From Babesia bigemina (lineage: Eukaryota): a stretch of 64,000 nt of DNA. The stretch covers positions 1,922,001 through 1,986,000 of the forward strand of contig NC_027218.1 in assembly GCF_000981445.1 (NCBI RefSeq), written 5' to 3'. A program made the translations under genes and the position numbers. Shown here one piece after another: positions 19,189 to 32,598 of the stretch. Each line of letters starts with the position of its first letter. Within the stretch, counting starts at the first letter, position 1. Under the pieces are notes generated by a model. It ran no database searches and was not told the DNA's origin. It saw only the letters and a program-made list of their open reading frames with translations.

Positions 19189-21322
19189 TATGGATACAAA
19201 TAGCAAGAACACAAAATGCTAATACAAATGCGCCAACATGCGCTTATAAATTTTTACGGCTGGTGTCCACGACCATGCGAACCAGGAAACACTCGTGCGA
19301 TCGCACCTCTCAGGTGACGCCGTCAACAAATAGAATATGGCTCGACATGTGCGTTAAGTGAGAATGCTAAAAAGTTATTCGCTATGTGATTACACTACGC
19401 ATAATATTAAAACAGTAAAAGACTCATCTTGCCCTCACAAAACCCACTAGACAGGACGATTATCTTATAAACATCCCACCTACCTGAGGCGGGGGGATTT
19501 CGCAAACGCAGTTGTCTATCAAGGACGGAACCTGACTAGCATGACAAGGTGGAGCACAGTTGGTAAACAGCTCACACCATTATGTTTTTGAATGGGAGAG
19601 AGTACGCCTCTCCTAACTCCGCACCTTGCCGCCGCCAAGCCGTCTCTCTAAGGCGCTAGGGGAGCACCCAGGTATCCGTCACCAACCACTCCCGCAAAAT
19701 ATCACAACGGCGCGTTTCTCACCACATAAACGCCACACTCAGCAAGTCGTAGTTAGACTGATGAGCCTACCCCACATTCATGTCTACATTATGTTTTTGA
19801 TGTTGTAAATTCAAACTTAGAGTAATGCATCAAATTAGTTACCTTTGAAACAGCGCCACGTCTCTAACTCCACACTGCTATATCCTTGAATGCGTCACGC
19901 TTTACTCAGCTCCCACCTGTTGTGGGCTTGGAGACATCCACTTACCAACGCTTCGCACTTCGATTAACCACCCAACTCCATTTGTTGGCACTCAACCACA
20001 TGTATGATCATCATCTCTATATAGTCACTATTGAAGCGCGACACGACTTTATGTGACGTAAGGTCTAATATCGCAGCCACGATGAGATCAGTCACCCGAT
20101 TCAACTGAGAGTTCCTGAAAGCCATTCACCTACATCTGTAACTCACCCCTTCTCCAACATTTTTGTCATCATATTACTGATTAAGATGCCAACATGCGAA
20201 ATTAGAGGGGGTTGTTGTCGCCCATCCCATCAACCTGTGGGCTGTTACTGAGTCCGGTAACACCAATACAGTTGCGGTTCGCGTTTACCAATATGGCTTA
20301 CCGCAACATCACATAACATCTTATAGAGTGTACCGTGAGCACGTGACGATGAGTGAAGGCAGTAGGCGTGTGTTTCGCAACCCATTGTTCGACACGGCCA
20401 AATACCGAATGGTGGTCGCTCACCAACATTTGTGAAATCAGTGCCGTCCAATTCTATCTACCAGGTATTACTCATTGTGACGTATCAAAGGCGTTGTCAG
20501 TTTTTGGAATTGTGACCGTACATGGAGATGTCTGTGTCTCACCTCTCGTACTTACACAGGACCAACCGAATGACCAAGACTTGGTGAGACGTAAGTTCCT
20601 TCAAGTTTAGTACGCAGGCACAATACTTCACGCCTAAATTATTAACACGTAAATGTGTTATTGGATTTACAACGACAGCAATGTCAACAAACAACTATGA
20701 TACCACTGGAGACACAAACCAACATAACGACCAACATGAACTGACAATTAAATTGCCTAATTGCAATATGAGTTACCAAATGTGGGTTCAGTATTACTTG
20801 GCGTAGTAGTTCTCGATCTGTATGGTAGACAGTATAGCGCCCTCAATGGTCACGCAGCGGCACTGTCGTACAAGGTGTTACCTCTCTGCAACTCAAGGCA
20901 TACAACAAACGGGACACAATACTGGCAGGGCTACAGAGGAATAGTGTCACTAGCCCGGGAATAGAAACAACAAACGAAGGAAATTTGGTGGAGATGGAGA
21001 CTTGCAATATGAGGATGTCCAAGGAACTGTTGAAGCTCGGAGAGAGGGCGTTCACGTACCAAACAGGATTAGAGGTGGTATTTCTTTGTTAAAGGATGTG
21101 ACTCCCAGATTTCATTACTACCGTGTGAATGACGATTGTTGACGAACAGGATGGATGCCCGCATGGATGCCACCAATTACGCTTGTCACCAGCACGACAT
21201 GAAACCCGCAAGCCAGACAGCAGCGTGCGGCGCTGCCATGGTAAAATCAAACACCTGCCTGACGCAAGTATCCAAATATCACACAAAACGCAGATTAACG
21301 ACGGAAAAAAAAATTTTCATAA

Positions 21323-24300
21323 TCAAGGTCTATATATTATGTGAGGGAGATCTGTCGGTTGCTGAGTCTTACTGTCTCTCGCTATCACTCGTAACACAGA
21401 TGCGTCACGAATATGAAATACATCTTGAACTGATTCATGTAGATTTCCTTCTGACAACGTGACAAAAGTGCCGAAGCCGTAAACTGCATCCGACTTCGCA
21501 TCAAACAATTTCTCAACGAGAAACACCAAGTCACCAAGTGTTAATTTCCGATGCTCTTTCTCCTCAATTGGTAGTCGAATCGCGTTAGTTAGAGTTGGCG
21601 CGACTGCCATCTTTTGAATGGTGATGTAGTCCCACGCAGAAAATACCACACCCTTAAGCAGCGCCATTTCACTGCTGACTTCGCTCAACTCGGGAAAGTT
21701 TGCATGGTTTGCTATGTACTTCATTATGCTGAGATTGAAAAAATGATTACGAAGCCCGTGTTGTATATTCTTGTTTCGCTGGTAATCAACTAACCTCAAA
21801 GACGCTACTATTTTGGATAAGGCCAAAAGGCCAGAGCTGTTGTGATCAACGGCAAACCAAAGATGACCGTCTGACTTCGCATATGATATATTGCTTTCCT
21901 TAATAGTCTCTTTGCTTAACATGCCCCACGGAACTTGCCCGTCCTTCACCGGCACGTCATCGATTAAAGGAATAGCCTTATAAACTTCTAGCATAGCCAT
22001 AGATGCAGCTATGCCAACAGTTGTGGAAATCGCAGGTACAATACGCTTAGCCATTTTTACAATAGTGGACATGTCCTTTTGGCCAATACCAAAATTGTAC
22101 GCTCGCATATTGCTGGCTGCGAAGAGGTACATGCGATCACTTCCATCATTTTCGTTGAATGATAATGGCTGCAACTCCAGTTTGCCTTCCTGGCGCAACA
22201 ATTTAGTCACGCCGACATCAGCAAAAAGCCTTTTTACAGCATCAACGCACATGATGAATTTTCGGTCATTTATCGGTATTTTCATCGCCTTAAAGTGAGA
22301 TTCGATGATGCTTACTGCGCTTTTCATAAGTGTATTTGGGTAATCAAGCTGTCTACGTGGGCATAACCTCACAGAACGCATGGCACGCCTTTTAACGTTG
22401 GCCATGGCATCGATTAACATCTTCTTTAGGGGAAGATCCAACTTGAAATGCGCCGCATACGCTTTTGAAGCCCACTCATGAGGTGTTATTGTGGATGATA
22501 GAAGTTGGGAATTGCCCACTATCGATTCGATGACGTTTACGAAGTGCTTTTCTCCCAACTGCAAAGCAGATCTGATGGTACCCAGGGGGTTGATGTAGAA
22601 TTTGTAAAATACATCATGCTGCTCTTTAAATAGCCACGAATATAGCTCAATAGCGTAGAACACAGCATCCTCTATGGTCTTAGGTACCCCTTTTACGGAG
22701 CAGCTGGCACCGGCGTCTAAGGAGGCTTCCGACCCAACAGTTGAGCTATACGTTTCAGTAAAATATGGCACGGATATGAACGTGCTGCACTGCATGCCAT
22801 GTATCCCAGCCTCTACAAAAATGTGCGAATTCTCCACGGCATAGTTATCCATAAGCAACCTTGCATGTATATTATCCACTGCGGACAAGAAAATTGTGTT
22901 TTTGACTGAGGAGTTCGATGCCATTCGGAATTTCTCTGTGAATGCGATGCCCTTTGGGGTGTAATTTGGAAGACTACGGTTCGTGATACGTTGCAGATTC
23001 TTTACAGCTGCCTCAGCTTTGTTGCTTCCGACATCCGCCAGTGTGAAAAGGTTTTGCCGTGTCAGATTGGAAACATCTACCACATCGTCGTCCAGGACAG
23101 TTACATGCTCCACACCCATACGGGCTAGCATTTTGAGATATTCACACCCAAGTGCCCCTGCCCCTACTAATAAATATCCGCACTTGTTGGGTAGTTGTAT
23201 GTGTGCCTTCGCATCCCCAATAGATATACCCACCCCATTTTTGGGAAATATATCGCTTCTGTCTACCACTATTACGTCTGCGGGTGTAAACATGGAAGTC
23301 AACCCCTTAATCGCCTCCTGTGCTGCCAGTGACCCTGCGCATATTGTAAATGATTTGTGTTAAACTCACCCAGTAGTGTGACGATGGCTGGTGCCTCAAT
23401 ATGCCTCAGTGTTGAAAACGTTTTAATCACGCGCTCATCCACATTAGGGTAGAGCATCTTGCAGGATTCAGCGAACCAAGTATCATTCACTTCTTCGTTG
23501 TCACCCGTTGGCTGCGTCCGACTCCCCTGCGCCGCCATAAGAGCTGCTGCGACGGCGGCGACCTTCTCATTAAATGCATTTTCTTCAGCAGGAGCTATAA
23601 CTAGTCGCGCAGGACTTATGGTGTTTTCGCGAAACAAACGCAAGAATGATTCCCACAATCCGGGTTTCGTTCCGAACAATCCTTTAACCAAGTTCCCCAA
23701 TGCAACGAATCGAAAGGTGGTTGGCGTATGCAGCTTTCGAACGTAGAATCCACATTTGGGCCACCCCCTTGTATCCGCATTAATGAAAATTTTAATAGCT
23801 TGATCGCTGATCGGTTCTACCTTAAGTACCTGGGTGTCAATAATAAGCCTGTCCGTGTCGATGGCGTCGCCTTCATTGTCATGCATGAGATACTTTGGCA
23901 AGGATATGCGTATAATATCACCTGGCGCATACTGCAATATATCCTTATCTGCCGATACGTCTATGGCAGAGTGTTCGCCGCCGGTAGACAAGGTGGCTTG
24001 ATGCTCTGCATTTTGCATGTCCGAGGTTGCCTGAACTCGGTGTTGGTCACCAAAATCAGACAGCACTAGGCCATACACACCTATTGAAGTCACGTATATG
24101 AACTTCTTTTTGTTCCTTGCAACTTTGTTTACCTCTATTGCCTTGTGTACGGACTGGTCCACAAAGATAACTGCATGGTGGCACAACTTATCATAATCAG
24201 GCTCCTTCTCCAGTAGTTTCAAGTTTGCATCAGGTTGTAAGAGTAACGCCTGTGATACTACATCTTTAGAGCGCCCGGATTCGGCGTCCCAAATCTCCAC

Positions 24301-24714
24301 GGCACCTACACCTGACCTGAGAAGGTGTGTAATGATCTCTGAAGAAACTTTGGAGGCTCCGACCAGCAGTACCCTTGATTGACGAAGTGATTCCACCCCT
24401 TCGTCGCTGACAACCATAGAGACTCTTGAGAATCTGCTATTGTACCCGTCATTTTGTTTGATTTGCTCCAATTGACGCGGTGGACACCCCGGAGCGGCCG
24501 GTACATCTTTGCAACTGCGATGATTGATGCTACACAACCTTCCCCCGCCGAAATGGGCTGACAACTGTTTTTCAAACGGTCTTCTGTTCCATCTACCGGC
24601 ATGGACCGCCGAAATGACGGCTGTTGCAACCCATAACCTCAAAGTTAGAGATAACAAGGTTGGCGGCGCTGTTACGTTATCTACACGCCTTACAACTGGC
24701 GGAAACAGAATCAT
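21323..24714 (-). CDS. Ubiquitin-activating enzyme E1 (UBA1-like) with bipartite leader, probably apicoplast-targeted; 2 exons
   Basis: Removing the 35-nt intron 23335-23369 (GTGAGT...GCAG) gives LLGSLAAQEAIKGLTSMFTP. Motifs: VGAGALGCEYLK, DVVDVSNLTRQ, AVDNIHAR, catalytic-Cys-like SCSVKGVP, AKRIVPAISTT. Hydrophobic then basic N-terminus. Confidence 0.85.
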
Positions 24715-24841
24715 CGCTATGTACTACATATTTACACATTTACATGTCGATTTACATGTTTAGTAACGGATGGAAGGTCGTACACACTACACCGTAAGCA
24801 CGCTGCAACGCAGCTAACAGCTTCATTTAAAAATAAACTGT

Positions 24842-26281
24842 CTATTTGTCCTGCAAATAGTTATTTTCTTGCAGGTACACTCTGGCTCGTTGTGTGGCTA
24901 TTGAGACCTTGTTTAGCAGTTTCACTGCTTGGCTGTCGTCGACCTCCAGCTTTGTGAGCGTGACTTTTGCATCCTCTTCCACTTTCTTTAGCTTCTCCAC
25001 ATCATCTTCGTCTATAAACGAAATTGCCACGCCGCTCTTCCCTGATCTTGCCGTTCTCCCGACCCTGTGTATGTAATCCTCCGTGGTTCCCGGGAAGTCG
25101 AGATTGACGACAAACGAGACCGCCTGGATGTCAATACCTCTCGCAACCAGGTCTGTGGCAACTAGGATTTTGGAGACACCAGTTCTGAACTTTGCGAGGC
25201 AGGCGTTTCTCTTCCGTTGTTTCATGAGCGAGTGTATACACGTGGCCTTGAAATCCAAGAGATCCAGAGCTACCGCCACAAGTTGGCATCGCCGTTTGGT
25301 AGCTGTGAATATGATCCCCTGGTCCGTTTCGTTTTCCAGCAGTTGCGTCTGAAGGATGTGCACGAGGTACGGCAGGTGTACATGCTGCGGTAGGAAGAGG
25401 TAGTGTTGTTTGAGTTCCAGATCCCGGAACGAAGCCTCCTGACCCTTTGTGACGTCGAAGAAGTGAAACTGAACACCCTTGAATGAGTCACATAGCGCTC
25501 GTATAGCCTTTGTTATGGTGGCTGAGAAGAGATACGTAATCCTCCCTTCCTTGGTCGAGGGGAGGCAGCTGATGACCTTTTGCAAAGGTGCCTCGAATGA
25601 CTGGTGCAGCAGTATATCTGCCTCGTCAAACACTAAGTACTTGACCTTTGCAAATACTTTTGCGATATTGCGTTCCTTCACGTCCACCTGCTCGGCCAAC
25701 CTGCCTGGAGTGGCTATGACGACGTGCGGCCGCGCTTCGAGTTCCAGCGACTGCTGCACGATGTCCACACCTCCCACGCACACGCATATCTTGATGTTCA
25801 TCTGAACCCCAAATATGTTGAACTGGTCTCCGATCTGGAATGCGAGCTCCCTTGATCCTGTGAGTACGAGGCCGAATACCCCGTAGGGATCTTTGGATAG
25901 TGCGATAAGTATGGGCCAACAGAAGCATATTGTTTTACCCGTTCCGGTCTGCGCACAGCCTATAACGTTATCGCCCTTGAGCGCCGCTGGTAAGCACAGC
26001 TCTTGGATTTTGGTCGGCGTGGTGATTCTGAGGCTGGCTGCCAAATCTATAAGCCACTCCGGAACCCCAAGTTCCTTGAAAGTCTTGCCAACAACCTTCG
26101 CATCATGTACAACCAGCTTTTCCTCGTCGGTGTTAGACACCTTTGCTTCTTTGTGTACATGTAGTTTCTTGCGTGGCTTGACCTCGGCTACAAGTTGCAA
26201 CGGTTTGCTGTTGACATCTTCCAGAACCCAGCTTGACGCTTCCTGCTCTTGGACGTCACGTTTGACCTTGTCTTGTCCCAT
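24842..26281 (-). CDS. DBP8: DEAD-box RNA helicase DDX49/Dbp8-like
   Basis: Q motif, AQTGTGKT, SRELAFQI, TPGRL, DEAD, SAT, ARGID and HRVGRTAR. The LSKDPYGVFGLVL segment is typical of DDX49/Dbp8. Confidence 0.85.
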   Translation of the reverse strand: MGQDKVKRDVQEQEASSWVLEDVNSKPLQLVAEVKPRKKLHVHKEAKVSNTDEEKLVVHDAKVVGKTFKELGVPEWLIDLAASLRITTPTKIQELCLPAALKGDNVIGCAQTGTGKTICFCWPILIALSKDPYGVFGLVLTGSRELAFQIGDQFNIFGVQMNIKICVCVGGVDIVQQSLELEARPHVVIATPGRLAEQVDVKERNIAKVFAKVKYLVFDEADILLHQSFEAPLQKVISCLPSTKEGRITYLFSATITKAIRALCDSFKGVQFHFFDVTKGQEASFRDLELKQHYLFLPQHVHLPYLVHILQTQLLENETDQGIIFTATKRRCQLVAVALDLLDFKATCIHSLMKQRKRNACLAKFRTGVSKILVATDLVARGIDIQAVSFVVNLDFPGTTEDYIHRVGRTARSGKSGVAISFIDEDDVEKLKKVEEDAKVTLTKLEVDDSQAVKLLNKVSIATQRARVYLQENNYLQDK

Positions 26282-26589
26282 GGTTGATCACTGCTGCGTA
26301 CGAGCCTCATCGCTCCTGCCTGCTGGGCATGATGAGCTATAATAACCGCGAATTACGCCTCGCTTATGACCACATATTGACGTAATTTGACGTCATTTGT
26401 TGATGTGTACCCATCTGCGATAATTTCTGCCTGAGGTGATCGCCGTTGCTTGTGCCTTCCATACCCGCGGCTCGGCTCATCACAAAATGTAATTTCACCC
26501 TACCGACATAGGCGACCACTTTTTTCCAGATCGTATTGGATTCTGTTTTATGCGCGTCTGTGGTGTGTTTCTGGAGCCAGTTTTTCACC

Positions 26590-27466
26590 ATGGCGATAAG
26601 TGAGTTTTGCGCGGTGTCAAGTCACGGTTTTTCAGGGACTCAGTACGAGAACAGTAACGAAGTTGGTGTGTTTGCCACACTTACTAACTCCTACGCGCTT
26701 GTGACGTTGGGTAGTTCGTGCAATTTCGCAAGCGTGTTCGAGGCGGAGCTTTTGCCGCAGATCCCGGTGGTCCACACGACCATAGGCGGCACCCGTGTCG
26801 TCGGGAGTGTTTCAGTTGGTAGGTTGAGTTCACAATAGCCGTTATAACCGCCTGTCCGTATTCATGTTGTCCAGGAAACCGCAAGGGTCTCCTTGTCTCG
26901 AGCATTTGCACCGACACCGAGCTGCGCCACCTGCGCAATTCGCTGCCAGATGCGGTAGAAATTCGGCGCATAGACGACCGCCTGTCGGCCCTAGGGAACG
27001 TGATTACGTGCAACGACTATGTGGGTCTCATCCACGTGGACATGGACAAGGAGACCGAGGAGATCGTGGAGGACGTGCTGGGAATCGAGGTGTTCCGCAG
27101 TTCTATCGCAGGGAACGCGCTGATCGGGAGTTATTGCCGTTTCCAGAACAAGGGAGGTCTGGTTCACGTGAAGACCACCACCGACGAGATGGAGGAGCTG
27201 TCGCAGCTGCTTCAGATTCCCCTGACCTCCGGGACGATAAACCGGGGTTCGGACGTGATTGGCGGAGGTTGGTGGCACATTTGTCGTTTCATGGCTGTTC
27301 AGGACTGATTGCAAACGACTGGGTAGCGTTTTGTGGAATGTCTACAACTGCCACGGAGATTGCGACGGTGGAGCGCATTTTCCAGCTGTCGCGTCCAACG
27401 GAGCTGGACTCTTCGGTCACCGACTCACACACGCTACGCAACGCGTTGATCGACACGTTGATTTGA
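26590..27466 (+). CDS. eIF6: Eukaryotic translation initiation factor 6 (4 exons)
   Basis: Splices to [26 protein letters not shown]...GNRKGLLV...[14 protein letters not shown]...[12 protein letters not shown]...GTINRGS...ANDWVAFCG...TTATEI...LIDTLI*. Introns at ~26600-26635, 26819-26874 and 27268-27303. Confidence 0.95.
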
Positions 27467-27552
27467 TATCGGTGTCTAGCCGGCTCGCTTGTGCTGCTGC
27501 AACCACGTCGCCTCCGATGATGTTGGCACGGTGCGCTCATTAGATACGTTTG

Positions 27553-29232
<1,680 letters not shown>

Positions 29233-29366
29233 CCTGTACGCAGGCGCCCGAAGAGTCACCATCGGCTCGCCGCAGGCACACCACCTAGATAGACCCACAT
29301 ATGAGACTCTTTACGCCGCAATGTGCTCCCCGAATGTGTATGTGCCTGTCCGTGGAGCATAAGGTT

Positions 29367-29438
29367 AGCCGCCTATGGGGATCGAACCCATGACCTTTTG
29401 ATTACGAATCAAACGCAATACCACTATGCTAAGGCGGC
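29367..29438 (-). tRNA. tRNA-Thr (anticodon CGT)
   Basis: GCCGCCTTAGCATAGTGGTATTGCGTTTGATT-CGT-AATCAAAAGGTCATGGGTTCGATCCCCATAGGCGGCT folds as a cloverleaf with a GTTCGA T-loop. Confidence 0.95.
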
Positions 29439-29536
29439 CTGCCTAAGGCCCTAAATATTACTTTCAGGTGTCAGTTACCTTTTCATGATACACCCATGGA
29501 CTCGTATCATCATATTCACAGTGGCATTCGGCGTTT

Positions 29537-30821
29537 ATGAATCCATGTAACAGTGTGTTGCGCGTTCTAATCTTAGCCTGCGCCCTGTGGGCGAGGAATC
29601 CCCGTGCGGATTGTCTATTGCACACTGCGTTCGTGCCGCACCTGGACGCTAGCCTTCCTAGACGATGCGGGCGGTATTTAGGTAGCACAGCTTCCGGGGA
29701 GCTCAGCAGCTCCCCGCCTGCCGGGAATCCGGCTGGTATGGGCAAAAAGAAGAACCTGTTCAAACACCAGTTCGACGACTATGCCGACGTTGGAGCTTCC
29801 ACTGCCATCAAGTAAATTTCGAGCCTAGTGCGACCATTTCCGTGCAGGAAGGACGAAGAGCGGTGGCAGGACATTGTGATGGAAGAGATCGCAAAGAATC
29901 GCAATGTGGAGCCCTCGGACAACTTTTTGTTTGGGGAGTACAATGCGGACGAATACGTGCTAGGCAAGACGACACACAACGTGTCCGCCATGAGGAAGCC
30001 ATCCTATAACTATCGGCTGTCCCCAGAAGGGCGAGTGAAGCTAGAGAATCGCATAATCCATCTGAAGCACATGGCAGCGACTAATCCGGGTACCCCCAAG
30101 GCGGTTCGGCCCAAACTTTGGATAGTCCGTCCCAGCTGCGGCAACTACTGCGAGCTTCTCGAGCGGGACGACGAGCGCCTGAGGTCTTTCGTGAAGCGCG
30201 TTCGCAAGCATTTTCCCAAGGAGCGTCTGGAGATCCTGAAGGTGAAGATCGACGTGAAGATGCCGTTGTGCGAGGTGTTCTTCGAGGGCGACATCACCGA
30301 CATGGTGCGCATCTTCTACGCACGTGGCGGCACGCTTCAGTTTTACGTGGTGCCGCGCTTTTGGTCGCGTTGCCCGCTGCTCGAGAAGGACCCGCGGCTC
30401 GAGGCCAAATACGGCAAGTCGACGGCGCCGGGCCTCTTCCCCCAATGGGATGAGGACGGAATGCTGGAGGAGCTGATGGACTGCATGGACGTACGACCAG
30501 ACTACGCGCTGGTAGGTGTGCTATGTTTACGTTCAACTTTTATCAGGAGTTCCGCCTGCCCAACGCGTGGCAGCTCCTTCCCATGGTGCCGGAGCACGAT
30601 CGGGCCCTGATGGTTTCGCTGTTCGAAAAGGTGCACTGGCCCACGCGCCTCCGTGTCCAAAATGCATTTGAACAGGGCATCGAAGACTATCGCGACGTAA
30701 TTTCTGACGAGTACGCGGAGCTGCAGCGCCTCGACCGCGGGCGCAGCAACATTTTGGACTACTGGCTGTGAGTTGTGTGCCGGTCCCTCTCATTTTGCGT
30801 AGGCCACCGTTAGAGCAATGA
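29537..30821 (+). CDS. Hypothetical protein with signal peptide and transit-like leader (4 exons)
   Basis: Starts MNPCNSVLRVLILACALWA...HTAFV. In-frame joins across GT-AG introns near 29812-29847, 30512-30546 and 30768-30802, with strong GC3 coding bias. Confidence 0.65.
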
Positions 30822-30864
30822 AGTGTGATAATGTGTTGCAGTCCAGCCGTTATATCGGCACCTT

Positions 30865-31467
30865 TTACTCGTCCTGCTCTTGTACGTGCTCATCAACCTC
30901 AACCGCATCTTCCTCGTCATAACTGTCCTCATCGAAGTCCTCGTCGCCATCCTGCGCATTTTAGACACTCACTCATTTCTATACTAACTGATTCGTCCTC
31001 TGATTGTGAGACCAATGGCTCGATGAGCGAATTCATTTGCGAGATGCCCTCAAAGATGTTTTCCACCTGTTCCGCCTGTGCTGGTGCTAGGATGACTACG
31101 GGTATGTCGCCCTCCTCGTCGTCGGCACTGTCTCCTTGGAGTTGTATGAATACGCATGGCGTCTCACAGAGCGCCTTGTCCTTTGAAACGGCGTGGAGCA
31201 CCATTCCCAGGTAGGGGAAGGCGTAGGAAACCGTGGAAGTGTCGCAGGCTATCCAGACTAGCCTGGAAGTCGTTATGTATAGCGTTCCATTGCCTGCGCG
31301 CTTTTGTACCGACGACACAGACCACACTAACCGTGGTTTTCGTTGTTAAACTTCAGGATAACGTCGGTGTACGTGGCGTGCACCTGTTCGTTGTTTGCGG
31401 TGTCGAGCATGGGCGTGTTGTCGACGTTCCGTTCGATATTTCTCTGGTAGCCTTGGAAGGTTGCCAT
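30865..31467 (-). CDS. Methylosome subunit pICln-like (PH-like fold with acidic tail), 3 exons
   Basis: GNGTLYITTSRLVW...FPYLGMVLHAVSKD...PCVFIQL...IFEGISQMNSL followed by an Asp/Glu-rich tail. Confidence 0.8.
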
Positions 31468-31735
31468 TTTGTATACCAGCGGGAATTTCAACGAAACATT
31501 GGCATCTATACGGCCATTTACGCCGTTCGATTTCCCGATTGGGGGGCCGGGTGTGACATTGCATTCCTCGGACCGACCACCCGGCGGCACCAAGCGCGAC
31601 AAGTGGCGCATATTTTAAATCTCCACATATCATAATTGGCGGTGTGTCTGCCTTCCATGCTGTTATCGCACGATGTGTAACCGGTAGTCCACCGGGCTGG
31701 CGTGACGTGTCTAACGCCCTGTGAACCGCGGCGCA

Positions 31736-32598
31736 ATGCAGTCGCTCGACCGCTACCTGGGGATTGCGCTCAGCGGCAGCTACTTGTCGTACTGCCTCAT
31801 CGTGAAGGATGTGTTGCGCAAGGCGGGATCCATTTCGCTGCGTTGCTCGTCATTGCAGCATCCCAGCAGGATCGCCGAGGCGTTCAAGATGCTCCGCGGC
31901 AGCATGAGCCCGGCAGAAACGCCTGGCAGCACATCACCTGCGTGTTTCGTGGGGATGCGCGGTGATAACGTCACTCCGCGCTCCGACTTGGCTGCCCGCC
32001 GGGCCTACAACCGCTGTCGAGTCCGTACCATCGTCGAGTGCCAGTCGGACGCTATATTTGGGTACGGCGCAGAATGAGATGTCGACACTGTTCAGAAACA
32101 AGCCCGTAATATTCAAAGAGCGCGAGCTTTACAGCACGATAGGTAGGCTTTCCCGGATAATGCATGCACATCTGATGGCAGGCCGCATCACCAACGAGAA
32201 AATCATGGGCACCAGCTGCCTCGTCACGTGCGCCAGGAAACGGTTCACGAGCCTGTTGTCCGTGGACGCCGCGCAGTTCAGCGGTATCGCAGTGGCGTGG
32301 GCCACAGCCGTGTGCCTAAAGGTGGGTGGCCCCCAACGGCGCCGGTAACCTGTGCAGCGCCGCATGGAGATAGAGTCCATGAAACTAGACGAGAGCTTCA
32401 TGCAGTCCGTCGAGTCACGCGTGAGGCGCGACCGCATAGTGGTCGAGCTGGCCGAGATGCTGGAGAAGAACAAAGACGCCGCCGCTGGTGAGTTGCTTGA
32501 TGTCGCCCCGCCAACACCTCGCAGCGGCCGACCTCCAGGAGGCGCTCCGGAGCCGCATAAGTTCACTAGTAGACAAGCATTTGGACAAATTAGTGTAA
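31736..32598 (+). CDS. Hypothetical protein (5 exons), possible degenerate RuvC/RNase H-like fold
   Basis: Four short GT-AG introns join MQSLDRYLGIALSGSYLSYCLIV...TIVECQ...KRRMEIES...LVDKHLDKLV* in frame. The fold assignment is speculative. Confidence 0.55.
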
